Part shown: positions 18,886 to 29,865 of the stretch, in pieces
How positions within the stretch are numbered: position 1 is the first letter of the stretch
Layout of the letters: each line of letters begins with the position of its first letter
Source: Flavobacteriales bacterium
Lineage (GTDB): Bacteria > Bacteroidota > Bacteroidia > NS11-12g > UBA955
Direction of reading: 5' to 3'
Length of the DNA: 64,000 nt
Assembly (NCBI GenBank): GCA_024643755.1
Contig: JAHEMG010000006.1
Span: 573 to 64,572 of the forward strand
The notes under the pieces: generated by a model
What the model was told of the DNA's origin: nothing
Databases searched by the model: none
Seen by the model: the letters and a program-made list of their open reading frames with translations, nothing else
Translations under genes and position numbers: made by a program

Positions 18886-21800
18886 TTAATTGAACGTGTA
18901 ACGCGCTTCGATTCCAAAGTCGGTTAATGCCGTGTAGAATTGTGAGGCTGTTTTGGGGTTCATCACCACACGATTGTACTTAACCGCCAAGTTGATTTTT
19001 TGGTTCACTTGGTAAGTGATGCTTGGTGCAATGCGGATGTTCTGCATACCTGCCGTGTAGTTGTTGATGTTTAAATCTACTTTGCGAATCACGGTTACGT
19101 TATCGGTTACACTAACGGTCATGTCGAAACGGAAATCATTGGGCAGATATACCCATCGTCCGTTTCTGCGCCACGGTAGGGTTAAGCCGGTCGTTCTATA
19201 TCCAGCGTTTAATTGGAATTCATTGTTGCGCATTTCTGTCAAGTTGAACGAAGCAGCGAACAGTTTTAAGACCCTAGAACGTTTGTACTCCAAACCAACA
19301 GTCCAATTGTTTTTGGTGGTCACGTTTAATCCAATCAACGGGAAGAATCCTTCAGAAATGGTGGCATCAGCGATTTGGAACTTGGGTGTGAGGTCCTTGC
19401 CTATGGCCACTGATTCGTTGGGGTCATATTTCAAGTTTTGGGTGTATGTACCAATGGAATATCGACCTGTATACGCGTGTTTGATATTGATGTTGCTGAA
19501 TCTGCTGCCTAAGAATTTAATTTTCGTTAAACCATTGTAATTGACATTCCAATTGGGCAGTGGGATTGTGGGGAATCCGGATACATTACTGTAGCCCAAG
19601 TCCTGTCCTGCATAGGTTCCATAAAAAGCACCAACCAAAACATCTTGTGAATTTTTACTATATCCAAGGGGGAATTTGGTGGTGGTATCAATAACGTTAG
19701 CACCAATACGCTGGTTCGATAGTCTTTGTGCTACAGTATAGCGATTGCTGAGCAACTGGGTGAAGACGGCGTTTGTATGATTGTTTGAATTTGCCAATGT
19801 TACATCCTTCACAAAATGGGTTTTGTAGAACATGCCCGTAATATTGAAGTTTCCGGTTTGGGTTAGACCTTGGTCCATCCATGCAAATCCATCGTACTTA
19901 AACACAGATTGGGTCCCTTGTGTATGGGTTCTCGCAAAATCTAGGCGAATTCTAAAGTTCTTGATGGGTTCAATGGTAATGTTCGATGTGAAGTTCTCCG
20001 TTTTGTTGTTTCGGTAGAAGTTAGATTGACGTGAGTCTGTCTTCAGGGCACCCAAATCGGCAAGTTTATAGCGCAAATTGGGGTCTTGAAGTCCGAATAC
20101 GAAACCAAGTCCCGGTTGTGCATGTTTGAAATTGGTACCAAAATAGTCTGGTTTGTATCCAAATCCTGGCAACTCTGTATTCTCTTTTAATTGATAACTG
20201 AAGCCGACGTTTTTCAGCATGCTCACAAAATTGCCAGCAAAGATTTTAGCGGGGTTGGCTTTTTTCGTCTCGGGTTGACCTTTTTGCAATGCACTTTCAA
20301 AACTTGGTCCTTCATCATCCGTTTTGGGTTTTGCCGGTGTTGCGGCAGCAGGTTTTTTCGATTTCTTGGGTTTTTCCAAATCGCGGAGCCAGGGAATGGT
20401 GGAGTACAACTGGGTGAAATTTAACTGACCACTGATATTGATATCCTGTCCGTTTTGCAAACGATTCCCCAAGGATTCAAACGCCGGTGGAGCTTGATTC
20501 CATTCGTAACTGCCCACATAAGTCACGGTGGTGTTCATCCAGCGCGTGAGTTTAGACTTTGAGAACGGTAGGGTGTAGGTCGCATTTACGTTTTGGTAAA
20601 ATTTGGTCATTCTACCCAAACTCAAGAATTCGCGACGCACAGAATCCAACTTGATTTCGTTGTCCAATTTACCAAAGGGCTCTTGTATGCGAGAGGTCAC
20701 ATTGGCTGAATAATTCACTTTCAAAGATTCGGTCAACGGCAGGTTTGTGTTGAAGTTCCTCAAAATGGTGAAGTTCTTATCATACAAACGCGGATTGACT
20801 TGTATAAACTTGTTGTTGTTCCTTGCTTGTTGCTCACTGTATAAGCGATTGGCTTGAATTTGTGAACTGAAACTGGATGGCAAAAGGTTGTAATTGAAAT
20901 CCTTAACCAATGCCAATTTCTTTGATTTGATTTTACGGAATGGTTTGTGGTATTTGGTATTTCTGCTGTAGGTGTACCCAATTGTGGCCTGGGTAGTTTT
21001 GATAAAATACTCTTCAATTTGTTGGTTCCTGCGGTAGTTGTTTTGATAACTGTAGCCGAGGACGAAGTTGCTGGGCGACCAAATCTTTGGCAATTTACCC
21101 ATCGCCGAAGCAACCCTTACGTTGTTGAAGTTGATGCTGTAGAGTGAATTGTATTCTTCGGCTGCTTTCTTCACCGCATTGCGTGTAGAGATATCGGCAA
21201 TCCCCGAAAGGAAGGCCCTTAATTCAAGGTCGGGATTCAGGGGGTAGTACTTGGGTCTAACGTAACTCTCTGAGTACCCTATGTACATAGGAACGCTCAC
21301 TCCGGCTTTCTTGGGGAAGAATTTGCCCAATTCCAAGTTAGAGGCGATGTCGTAATTGAGGTTGGTGCTCAAACTACGATCGTTGAGTTTTTTATCGACA
21401 TCCCCAAATCCAATGGTTCTGATGGTTCCACCCATGTTTAGCTGGCCGAAATCCGCCAACTGCATCTGGATGTTGGCCAGGGTAGCATACCCCCCCTTGT
21501 TGGCAATCTCCTTTACACGTAGTTCATTGAACCATGTCTCAAAACACTTGGGTGAGCTACTGTTATTTTTAATACCCACCATCATGACCCTCAAGTTTCC
21601 TACGTCTGGCAATCCCATTACGGTGATTTTGCCTTTACCCATGAATTTGATGTATGGTGCAGTCATTGGCCATGCTGCGTTTTGTCGGGCTATTTTCAGG
21701 TCGTAAAATGAATCCAAGGCAAAATCCATCAGGTTTTCTGCGGGCCAAATTAACGGCGCGGCATTTCCATTTCTGGTATTTACAATGCCCCGGGTCATTT

Positions 21801-24800
21801 TTAACGGGATTTCATATTCGTAGTAGTTCGAAGTTAAATCAGTTCCAAATCGGATAAAAGCAGATACCTCGCCATCATTAATGCTGTTGTTTTGGCTTTC
21901 TTCCGCATGGATGAACATCTGCATTCTCTTGTAGTTACGCGCATCGAAAGTGGTGGTTTTGAATGCGGCACGACTGTCGCCTGGCTTCAATTCACATACT
22001 TGCAAAGAGAGTGCTTGCTCGTTCTCCAACACGGTGCCAAGACTTGCCATGTTTTGTACACGATCAATACCTGGAGGTGAAACATATGCAATGGGAGAGC
22101 GGTTGCTGTTTTCCTCAATGTTCACTGCACTAACCACAAATTTGGTCCCGTCATTGGGGTCCTGCGGTACAATAACGCCGGGAGTTTTAAGGCTATTGGT
22201 GTATCTGCGCCAATCGGCTCGAACCATATTGATGTAGCCCATTCTCAGTAATGCGGTATCGTTAAAGCCCGTCATCACCATGCGCATAAAACGGATGCTC
22301 TTGAAATCGCTGATGTTTCCAACCGCTTTTTCAAATTCGCGAATGGGTATTTTTAATTGATACCATTTGATGTCGCGGTCTTTTCCGTTTCTCAATTTCA
22401 CCCTTCCAACTACAATGTCAGAAACATAGTTACGGCCAATTTGCATATCGGCCGCATTGATTTTAATGCGGTATTGGAAGTAATCCTCGCTTTGGTTCAG
22501 GGTGAAATCACGGTTTACGTCTTCGTCTGAGGGTATAGGCGTACTTGACTTTGGCATGCCCGCGTAATTGCCGGTATATTGTTCATTGTTTGAATTGCCT
22601 TGGTGTCCCTGGAATTTTGCGTATCTTCCAATAATATCCGCATCCAAGCCGTCATATACATTCTCTAAGTAATGCACAAAATTGTCGTTGCTAGGATCGG
22701 AAACAGCATCCACATAATATTTAGACCCCGCTCCGAAATTCGCCGCGATTTTCTTCAGCAGTGAAGAGTCAAAGTGTGCAACCTCCTGCTGATCGTTCAT
22801 GCCATCGAGTCCCAAATCTTGGCTCTTCAATGTGGCTGCATTGTTGTCAAAGGCGAAGTTGATTTGAGGTCCGCTGGGCACGATAGCATATTGGGTTGTA
22901 TCGGTCTCCGTGTTGCTACTAGCACTTGTAGGCAATCCATTTTCAAAGGATTTTCTTCTGTCAGGCAAGATGTCTTCACTCACATTACCCAGGTGCAACA
23001 ACAGTTCTCCCTTTAAATTGGGGTTGCTCGCCATTGGGTCGTGCATCCAAATTTCGATGTAATCAATGTTGGCGGCTTCGAAATCATTTTGGTCAATTTT
23101 GCGGGTAATACCGGCCCAACTCAATTGTGGATTCAACAGTTCTCCTTTGTCGTTTATTTCAGAAGGGCTACTGTTGAAATTGTACATGCCTCGTTCGGTA
23201 GGACGGAAAAACAAATCCAAGGTGGGCAGTATGGTTGGTGTTCCTTGTGGGAAGTTTCTTTGAGGGAACAAATCACGCTGATCTACCTGGCGTTGGAAGG
23301 GATCGCTTAGGATATTGTCGACACGCTGTTTGATATTATCAGGCATGTCGTTGTCTCTGTAGAACAACTGGTCGATGGTATAAAAACTCAGTGCAGCGTG
23401 GTGGTTCATCCAACTGAATTTGTCAACGGTTTTTGTATCCGGGAACAAATCCTCTTGTTTTTGAGGGATGGCGGCTACTACCCAGTTGCTGACGTTTTTA
23501 AGGTCGTTTGACAACTCCGCATTTTCAAAATCCTCTAAATTGGATACCCCGCGCTGATTGCCCTGTGATTTATGGTTGTGCGGAAATATCTTGGCAAATT
23601 CACCGTATGCAGTAATGTTTGATATTTCCTTGGTCTCTAGGAAGGGGAGTGCATCGATGATTTTGGTTAAAAATCTTGACTTGGAACTATAGGCCACATC
23701 CGCCCCGATAATGGTGTTCAACAGAGGCTCCTCGTTGAAATTGGTTTTGGTTGTGAGGGGACGTTCATACATGTGCAAGGCAGTTCCACCCACGATGAGC
23801 TTTTTATTGAATTTATGTTCTATGCGTCCGCCCAACAATGTCTTTTGTTGGATGTTGAAGAAACTTTGTCCATCCGCACTCGCCCGAATTTCGGCACCTC
23901 CACGCAACAACCCTTCATTGATGATTTTAACTCTTCCCAAGGCATAATCCACTTCGTAATCCATGCCCTCTGTCAATGGACGCCCATTGGCGGTTACACG
24001 CACCGATCCCCTCTGTAGGTTGGTGGTTCCCAAGAATAATTCAGCACCATTGCTGCTTTTATAACTTCCTTGTAAAAAGAACTTGTTGTGCTTTACGTCT
24101 TGTTGCGCTAGCCATTTTGTGCTGTCATAGAGTGCGTCGTAACAGTAATAATCCCCCAAATCGTTTCTGCCATTGAACTGCTCCCGCAAATAATCGCCAA
24201 AGGGTTCAGTTACCGGAAAGATGATTCGGGCATATTGGGTATTAACGGTCAATCCTTCGATTGCATCGAATACGCCATCGGGTTTCGCCTCCTGCTGTCG
24301 GTTGAGTTTGTCCAACCCCATCACGCGAATCAACGGGTTTCCATTGATCAGATTCGGACAATTGGCGTTTCCAATAGGCAGGTAGTTATAATCGCCACCG
24401 GTGGTATCATCGGCATAAATGAGGTTTAGTTTGAAGTCTTCTAGGCTCAAACTATAAGTGTTCAAGGCATAGATGTTTTTCATCATCAGTTTCCACATGG
24501 GAAGGCGGGTTCTGATGGTGTTGCCTTTCAACATTTTCAAAAACAGCAGTTGCTGGTTGCCGGGAGCAACATCGCGCGAAAATTCACCCACCTGGAAAAC
24601 TTCACCGTTGTAGGTGTATTCAAAAGCCACGGCCAAAATCTCATCGTTGTTGAGGGGCTGGTTCAGTGAAATGTAGCCCAACTGAGAATTCAAACTGAAT
24701 TCCTTTTCAGAGAGTTGGCGAGCATAGTTCAACATGTCGAAATCGACAGTTTGCTCGAAATAGGGCATGTTGGCATATACGCGGTCAATCGCTTTTCCAG

Positions 24801-25992
24801 TAAACCGAGCATCGGGATCGTTTTTAATTTTGCCGTACAAGGTATTGGCGTCGTTGTTGGCTTGAGGATTGGGCGATCCTCCGAGGGCAGAGCGATAAGG
24901 ATTAGCCTCTCCCAAATCCTGGAATGCTAGAATGTCGCGCGGGGTTTCAACATTCGCATTGCGGTTGGTGATCCATACTTCAACACGGTTGATGATGACT
25001 CCGCTGGCAACAATGGGTAGGTTCTCCAGTGATTTATTGTAGTTGTCTCTGAAGAATTGAGACAAGAAAAAGTGTTTATTTTGATCGTAATTGTCAGCAG
25101 TTATCTTGAACTCGTTCATTTGAGCTCCGCCTTTCAAAACGGTCTCTGTGCTCTGTCCTTTATTCTGTGAAAACACCGTTTTTACAGTGGTTTTACCGAA
25201 TTGCATGGTGTTTGAAAATCCAAACAAGCTGTTGGCTGGTTTAATAAGCTGCGTTGGGAGGTTCATGTTTACATTCCCCACTTGAACATCCTTCAAGATA
25301 CCATCCGGTTTGCCTTTCCATCCCAAATTGGTTTGGTTATCAAATTCAAAAGCCGCTTCAGTATCGTAGTTGATACCCAATTTGACAAATTCGCCCACAC
25401 TACCATTCGCACTGATTTGCATCTGTTGGTCAAAGACCGGCACGAAATATCGTTGTTGTCGTTTCGAGAAGTTGGGGTTACGGTTTACGTTGATACTACC
25501 ACCCAATTTCACCATGGCACTACCGTTGAGTTGGAAATCGACACCTCCCTCACCAAAAATTTTTGAAACGGTTGGGTTGTTCAATTCCGCTTTGATCAAG
25601 TCACTTACTCCCTTGTTGTTGGGGCCGAGCGCATAGGCACTTTGCGATTTGTCGCGGAAATATTGTTCCCTTTCTATTTTGCCTTGCTTCTGGAAGTACT
25701 CTGTAACTGAGATGGTTTCGCCGGTAGGGTAGCTCAAAGAGCCCAACATGCGATAGCCCTCATAGCGATTCTCGCGTGCATTGTAGCGCCATTCAGTTTT
25801 GATGGGGTTTTCTAAGTCTATTTTACTGCCGACACCATTGTTTTGATTGATGCGATAGCGGAGACTATTTGTATCGGTTTGCGCCCAAGACTGCTGGGTC
25901 ATACCGGCCATAAATCCAATCAGCAACAGAAAAACATGCACGATATTTCGGCAATAGCGCGTTGGGTTTGCGTGAAATTTCATTCTTGACAC
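18886..25992 (-). CDS. sprA: T9SS translocon / gliding motility protein SprA (Sov)
   Basis: 2368 aa, the distinctive size of SprA. Signal peptide ending SWAQ, very long beta-rich sequence, beta-barrel-type C-terminal strand (GIEARYTFN). Positioned after ruvA. The track start is GTG at 25992; ATG at 25983 (MKFHANP) is equally possible. Confidence 0.85.
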   Translation of the reverse strand: MSRMKFHANPTRYCRNIVHVFLLLIGFMAGMTQQSWAQTDTNSLRYRINQNNGVGSKIDLENPIKTEWRYNARENRYEGYRMLGSLSYPTGETISVTEYFQKQGKIEREQYFRDKSQSAYALGPNNKGVSDLIKAELNNPTVSKIFGEGGVDFQLNGSAMVKLGGSINVNRNPNFSKRQQRYFVPVFDQQMQISANGSVGEFVKLGINYDTEAAFEFDNQTNLGWKGKPDGILKDVQVGNVNMNLPTQLIKPANSLFGFSNTMQFGKTTVKTVFSQNKGQSTETVLKGGAQMNEFKITADNYDQNKHFFLSQFFRDNYNKSLENLPIVASGVIINRVEVWITNRNANVETPRDILAFQDLGEANPYRSALGGSPNPQANNDANTLYGKIKNDPDARFTGKAIDRVYANMPYFEQTVDFDMLNYARQLSEKEFSLNSQLGYISLNQPLNNDEILAVAFEYTYNGEVFQVGEFSRDVAPGNQQLLFLKMLKGNTIRTRLPMWKLMMKNIYALNTYSLSLEDFKLNLIYADDTTGGDYNYLPIGNANCPNLINGNPLIRVMGLDKLNRQQEAKPDGVFDAIEGLTVNTQYARIIFPVTEPFGDYLREQFNGRNDLGDYYCYDALYDSTKWLAQQDVKHNKFFLQGSYKSSNGAELFLGTTNLQRGSVRVTANGRPLTEGMDYEVDYALGRVKIINEGLLRGGAEIRASADGQSFFNIQQKTLLGGRIEHKFNKKLIVGGTALHMYERPLTTKTNFNEEPLLNTIIGADVAYSSKSRFLTKIIDALPFLETKEISNITAYGEFAKIFPHNHKSQGNQRGVSNLEDFENAELSNDLKNVSNWVVAAIPQKQEDLFPDTKTVDKFSWMNHHAALSFYTIDQLFYRDNDMPDNIKQRVDNILSDPFQRQVDQRDLFPQRNFPQGTPTILPTLDLFFRPTERGMYNFNSSPSEINDKGELLNPQLSWAGITRKIDQNDFEAANIDYIEIWMHDPMASNPNLKGELLLHLGNVSEDILPDRRKSFENGLPTSASSNTETDTTQYAIVPSGPQINFAFDNNAATLKSQDLGLDGMNDQQEVAHFDSSLLKKIAANFGAGSKYYVDAVSDPSNDNFVHYLENVYDGLDADIIGRYAKFQGHQGNSNNEQYTGNYAGMPKSSTPIPSDEDVNRDFTLNQSEDYFQYRIKINAADMQIGRNYVSDIVVGRVKLRNGKDRDIKWYQLKIPIREFEKAVGNISDFKSIRFMRMVMTGFNDTALLRMGYINMVRADWRRYTNSLKTPGVIVPQDPNDGTKFVVSAVNIEENSNRSPIAYVSPPGIDRVQNMASLGTVLENEQALSLQVCELKPGDSRAAFKTTTFDARNYKRMQMFIHAEESQNNSINDGEVSAFIRFGTDLTSNYYEYEIPLKMTRGIVNTRNGNAAPLIWPAENLMDFALDSFYDLKIARQNAAWPMTAPYIKFMGKGKITVMGLPDVGNLRVMMVGIKNNSSSPKCFETWFNELRVKEIANKGGYATLANIQMQLADFGQLNMGGTIRTIGFGDVDKKLNDRSLSTNLNYDIASNLELGKFFPKKAGVSVPMYIGYSESYVRPKYYPLNPDLELRAFLSGIADISTRNAVKKAAEEYNSLYSINFNNVRVASAMGKLPKIWSPSNFVLGYSYQNNYRRNQQIEEYFIKTTQATIGYTYSRNTKYHKPFRKIKSKKLALVKDFNYNLLPSSFSSQIQANRLYSEQQARNNNKFIQVNPRLYDKNFTILRNFNTNLPLTESLKVNYSANVTSRIQEPFGKLDNEIKLDSVRREFLSLGRMTKFYQNVNATYTLPFSKSKLTRWMNTTVTYVGSYEWNQAPPAFESLGNRLQNGQDINISGQLNFTQLYSTIPWLRDLEKPKKSKKPAAATPAKPKTDDEGPSFESALQKGQPETKKANPAKIFAGNFVSMLKNVGFSYQLKENTELPGFGYKPDYFGTNFKHAQPGLGFVFGLQDPNLRYKLADLGALKTDSRQSNFYRNNKTENFTSNITIEPIKNFRIRLDFARTHTQGTQSVFKYDGFAWMDQGLTQTGNFNITGMFYKTHFVKDVTLANSNNHTNAVFTQLLSNRYTVAQRLSNQRIGANVIDTTTKFPLGYSKNSQDVLVGAFYGTYAGQDLGYSNVSGFPTIPLPNWNVNYNGLTKIKFLGSRFSNINIKHAYTGRYSIGTYTQNLKYDPNESVAIGKDLTPKFQIADATISEGFFPLIGLNVTTKNNWTVGLEYKRSRVLKLFAASFNLTEMRNNEFQLNAGYRTTGLTLPWRRNGRWVYLPNDFRFDMTVSVTDNVTVIRKVDLNINNYTAGMQNIRIAPSITYQVNQKINLAVKYNRVVMNPKTASQFYTALTDFGIEARYTFN

Positions 25993-26050
25993 TTCTAAAC
26001 GTTGTGTAGCTGTTTGGCGAATAGGCTTATTTTATAGTAGGTTTGGCAAG

Positions 26051-26653
26051 TTACAAAATTTTCAGTGAATTTTTTATCAGTTCTTCGATGGTGGCGGTGC
26101 CTCCCAAATCCTTACTCACTTTCATCAATGCTTTTTCTGCATTGGCCTTGAGATATCCTAAGGTAGTCAACGCGGCCAATGCTTCACTGAAGTGATCGCT
26201 CACACCCGAAGCTGCGCTCAATCCCATGGATTTTTTCCCGCCCATGAGTTTATCGCGAAGTTCCAAAACAATGCGTTGGGCGCTCTTTTCTCCAATACCC
26301 TTGATGCTTTTCAATAGCCCAACATTTCCGTTCAAGATGGCAGAGGCCAAATCGTCGGGAGCCAGACTGCTCAACATCAACATGGCGGTATTGTTGCCCA
26401 CTCCGGAAACACTGGTCAACATGCGAAACATGTGACGCTCATCGGGATCCGCAAATGCAAATAAGTTCATCGAAACCGGACTTTGGTTTTCCACTTTGAA
26501 CAACAAGTCCACGAATAATCGGGCGGTTTTGTGGCCCTTGATCTTCTCGTAGGTGGTTAAGCTGATGGCGGCGATATAGCCCAATCCTTGGTTTGAAATA
26601 ACCACATGGGTTGGATTTATCGATTCGATATTGCCTTCAATGAAGTCGTACAT
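26051..26653 (-). CDS. ruvA: Holliday junction branch migration complex subunit RuvA
   Basis: 200 aa. OB-fold N-terminus MYDFIEGNI..., two helix-hairpin-helix motifs (VSGVGNNTA, IKGIGEKSAQRI). Confidence 0.93.
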   Translation of the reverse strand: MYDFIEGNIESINPTHVVISNQGLGYIAAISLTTYEKIKGHKTARLFVDLLFKVENQSPVSMNLFAFADPDERHMFRMLTSVSGVGNNTAMLMLSSLAPDDLASAILNGNVGLLKSIKGIGEKSAQRIVLELRDKLMGGKKSMGLSAASGVSDHFSEALAALTTLGYLKANAEKALMKVSKDLGGTATIEELIKNSLKIL

Positions 26654-26656
26654 GTG

Positions 26657-28429
26657 TTAGTGTGTTTGGTATTTGCGTTTGCGATAAATGTAATTGGCGA
26701 CACCAAATAAGAACATGCTGAGCATCGGCGCAATGAGGTTGAACCACTGCCAATAGCTGCGTTCAATGCGTGTCTTTTCAGGGTCTAGCAATCGCAATGT
26801 TTTCTCTTTTGCCCGTATCTCAATCAAACCATTATCATCGATCAAGTAGTCGATACAATTTAATAAGAATTTCTTGTTGGCAAAGGTTGTTTTCGTAAAT
26901 CGATCAAATCCGGTGGGGTAAATGCCCCCTCTGCCACTGATGCCATTTCGCATCAAATCGCCATCGGCAAGGACAATCATCTTTGAATTCCCTGTAGGGA
27001 GGAACGGCACACCGTCGTAATGCTTTTGATAAATAAACGGAGATTGGAATTTGCCTTCGAGCAATACCCCAGAAAGTTTGCTTCCGCCGCGCAATGTATT
27101 GCGATATCGGTCATCCCTGGATTGCATATAGGCCGTTTCTAAGTCCACTGTGGCGGGCGCCTGAATGGTCTTGGTGTATGGAGAACTGCTCAATAAAGGC
27201 GTTACGTTTAATTCTGGTCTTGATTTGGCCGATAACGTTCCTGGGAATTGTCCCCAAATGGGTCCCACATTGCGGTTGATGATATGTGGTGAGCTGGCCG
27301 ACATAAATACTGGAAAATAGAAGAAGTCAATCATCTCCGGTCTGCCGCCAACAGGAATGGGTATAGCGTTGCAATTGGCATCCATCAGTAGTGTGGATTC
27401 TAGTTTTACGCCATAGTGGAACAACGAAGCTGAAATATTCTCAAGCTGGTTATCCATAGCAATGATTTGGGAGCTGTTTTCGAAACTATCAATTTCCGCG
27501 TGAACGGGATCAATCATCCAAATGACCTTTCCGCCTTTCAGCACAAATTGGTCAATGAGGTATAACTCAGTGGGGGTGTAGTCTTTCGCAGGCTTAATAA
27601 CCAACAATAAGTCGTTGTTATTCAGTCGCTTCTGTAAGCTTTCGACCAAAAGACTGCCCATGGCATCTGGACTCGGAGCGGCCTTGAGTTTTTCAACGAA
27701 AGGTTCTGCGCTTTTGGGGTCAGCTACATTCAGGTTTAGCGCCGACACATTGTAATACTTCGATAACTCTTGTGCGAAGTCGGCCACCCGATTGTCGATC
27801 ATCTCTCCTGAACCATCAGCTACGGCGATGTTTTTAGACTTGTCTAAAATACACTGTCGCAATCCATTGGCGATTTCATATTCTACATTGTCGATGGCCC
27901 GTTTGATATTGTTGTCGGCATCCAAGGCCACGTCATGCTCATAGAAATTGATGGCCACTGTTTTTCCAGCGTAACTCATTTCCGCACCGGGAATGATGTT
28001 TTTTATCACGGTGGAATTGCTGCCCTCGTCATCGATATCGCGCTGATGCATCACTCCGCGTGATTGAAAATCTTCCAAGATTCCGGAAATTTCTGACGTT
28101 AATTTCCCTTCGAATGGATCGATCACTTCGATTTCAATCTTCCGTCCGCTCATCTCACGAAACTCATAAGCCATGTCACGGATTTCATTGCGGAGGTTTT
28201 TGAATCGGGCCGACATTTCTCCATCGAGATACAACCTGAAATAGAGTTTTTCTTTCAGGCCTTTGGAGAGTTTTTTACTGGTTTCGGACAGGGTATATCG
28301 TTGTTCGCTGGTTAAATCGATGCGTTGGTAGTATACGTTGGCCAAAATATTTGCAACGATGACCACCACGACCAATGTGGCGAATTCTAAGAATGATTGA
28401 ATACGGTTGCTATACTTCTTCATCACCAT
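26657..28429 (-). CDS. gldG: Gliding motility-associated ABC transporter accessory protein GldG
   Basis: 590 aa. TM helices at both the N- and C-terminus flank a large extracytoplasmic domain. Overlaps the gldF stop by 7 nt. Confidence 0.8.
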   Translation of the reverse strand: MVMKKYSNRIQSFLEFATLVVVVIVANILANVYYQRIDLTSEQRYTLSETSKKLSKGLKEKLYFRLYLDGEMSARFKNLRNEIRDMAYEFREMSGRKIEIEVIDPFEGKLTSEISGILEDFQSRGVMHQRDIDDEGSNSTVIKNIIPGAEMSYAGKTVAINFYEHDVALDADNNIKRAIDNVEYEIANGLRQCILDKSKNIAVADGSGEMIDNRVADFAQELSKYYNVSALNLNVADPKSAEPFVEKLKAAPSPDAMGSLLVESLQKRLNNNDLLLVIKPAKDYTPTELYLIDQFVLKGGKVIWMIDPVHAEIDSFENSSQIIAMDNQLENISASLFHYGVKLESTLLMDANCNAIPIPVGGRPEMIDFFYFPVFMSASSPHIINRNVGPIWGQFPGTLSAKSRPELNVTPLLSSSPYTKTIQAPATVDLETAYMQSRDDRYRNTLRGGSKLSGVLLEGKFQSPFIYQKHYDGVPFLPTGNSKMIVLADGDLMRNGISGRGGIYPTGFDRFTKTTFANKKFLLNCIDYLIDDNGLIEIRAKEKTLRLLDPEKTRIERSYWQWFNLIAPMLSMFLFGVANYIYRKRKYQTH

Positions 28430-29151
28430 TTTCTGCTTTCAAAAACCAACTTAGTACCACCCAAAAAGGTGGCGATGAAGCCCAAAAAGTAAATGATATC
28501 GCGAGTGTCTAAAACGCCCCTGCTGATTGATTGGTAATGGAAGTCAAGACTGAACCACTCCAAGCTCTTGCCGATGAGGTCCAACGCTTTGATATCGCCC
28601 AGTAAACTGAGAACGCCGTACCAAAAAAAGCACAGTACCATCGAAATGATGAGTGATACAATTTGGTTATCGGTCAGTGAAGAGGCAAACAAGCCAATGC
28701 TCGCATAGCTCGCGGCCAATAAAATCAGGCCCAAATAAGATCCCCAAGTAGCGCCATTATCAACCCCTTGGAGCGGATCGGCGAGTTGATGAATGGTGTA
28801 GTAGTAAAACAGCGTGGGCAACAGTGTAAAAACAATCAACCCAACGGCTGCTAGGTACTTGCCCAACAGAATTGAGGTATCGCTCACCGGTCTTGTGGTT
28901 AAAATCTCGATGGTCCCGAGTCTGCGTTCTTCGCTCAAACTTCGCATCGTTATGGCTGAAACCAAGAAAATCAGTATGTATGGCGCGATGTTAAACATCA
29001 CCTGCAGACTGGCGATGCCGAGGTCTAAAACGTTGTTTTCCTGAATGACCCACATGAAAATGCCCGTGATGACCAGGAATACACCCATCACGATATAGGC
29101 GATGAATGAGCCCAAAAAGCTGCGAATTTCTTTTTTAAATACGACCCACAT
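28423..29151 (-). CDS. gldF: Gliding motility-associated ABC transporter permease GldF (ABC-2 type)
   Basis: 242 aa polytopic membrane protein. Overlaps gldA by 17 nt and is followed by gldG. Confidence 0.8.
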   Translation of the reverse strand: MWVVFKKEIRSFLGSFIAYIVMGVFLVITGIFMWVIQENNVLDLGIASLQVMFNIAPYILIFLVSAITMRSLSEERRLGTIEILTTRPVSDTSILLGKYLAAVGLIVFTLLPTLFYYYTIHQLADPLQGVDNGATWGSYLGLILLAASYASIGLFASSLTDNQIVSLIISMVLCFFWYGVLSLLGDIKALDLIGKSLEWFSLDFHYQSISRGVLDTRDIIYFLGFIATFLGGTKLVFESRKW

Positions 29152-29857
29152 GGCTTGTTAAGTTTCTAAAAATGGTTTCCAATGAATCGGTTGGGGAAGT
29201 TTGTTTCAGGCCTTCAAGGGTATTGTCGGCCACAATCTTTCCATGGTTTAACAAGATAACGCGGTTGCACATGGCTTCCACTTCTTGCATGATATGTGTG
29301 CTGAGGAGTACTGTTTTGTCTTTGCCCAAGTTTTTGATCACATTGCGCATCTCTACCACTTGATTGGGGTCGAGACCGGATGTGGGTTCGTCTAAAATGA
29401 GCACCTCTGGATCGTGGATGAGTGCTTGCGCCAATCCCACACGTTGTCTGTATCCTTTGGATAGTTGTCCGATTTTTTTATTTCTCTCCGGTGTGAGCTG
29501 GGTGAGTTCTATGGCTTTTTCCACCGCAGATTTAACTTTGGTTACGCCGGCCATTCCTGCCGAGAATCTTAAGTATTCCATCACATACATATCCAAGTAC
29601 AATGGATTGTGTTCTGGAAGGTAGCCCACGCGTTGACGAACCGCCAAGCTGTCTGTGCTGAGATTGTGACCACAAACTACAGCCTCGCCGCTGGTGGCAG
29701 GGATGTAGCCGGTTAGTATTTTCATGGTTGTAGATTTTCCGGCTCCGTTCGGACCTAGAAAGCCAACAATTTCACCGGTGGGGATGTCGAACGACAAATC
29801 GTTCACCGCCCATTGGGTGCCATAGCGTTTCGATAATTGATGTACTTGAATGCTCAC
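29135..29857 (-). CDS. gldA: Gliding motility-associated ABC transporter ATP-binding protein GldA
   Basis: 240 aa with GTG start (MSIQVHQLSKRYG). Walker A GPNGAGKST, signature LSKGYRQR, Walker B VLILDEPTSGLD. The GldA call rests on linkage to gldF and gldG. Confidence 0.8.
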   Translation of the reverse strand: MSIQVHQLSKRYGTQWAVNDLSFDIPTGEIVGFLGPNGAGKSTTMKILTGYIPATSGEAVVCGHNLSTDSLAVRQRVGYLPEHNPLYLDMYVMEYLRFSAGMAGVTKVKSAVEKAIELTQLTPERNKKIGQLSKGYRQRVGLAQALIHDPEVLILDEPTSGLDPNQVVEMRNVIKNLGKDKTVLLSTHIMQEVEAMCNRVILLNHGKIVADNTLEGLKQTSPTDSLETIFRNLTSHVGRI

Positions 29858-29865
29858 AGAAAATA

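Noticed and set aside
20290-20400. Lys/Pro/Ala-rich low-complexity insert in SprA (EKPKKSKKPAAATPAKPKTDDEG), considered as a possible gene fusion point or mobile insertion.
   Set aside because: The reading frame is continuous and there are no flanking repeats. It is compatible with a disordered loop of the giant barrel protein.
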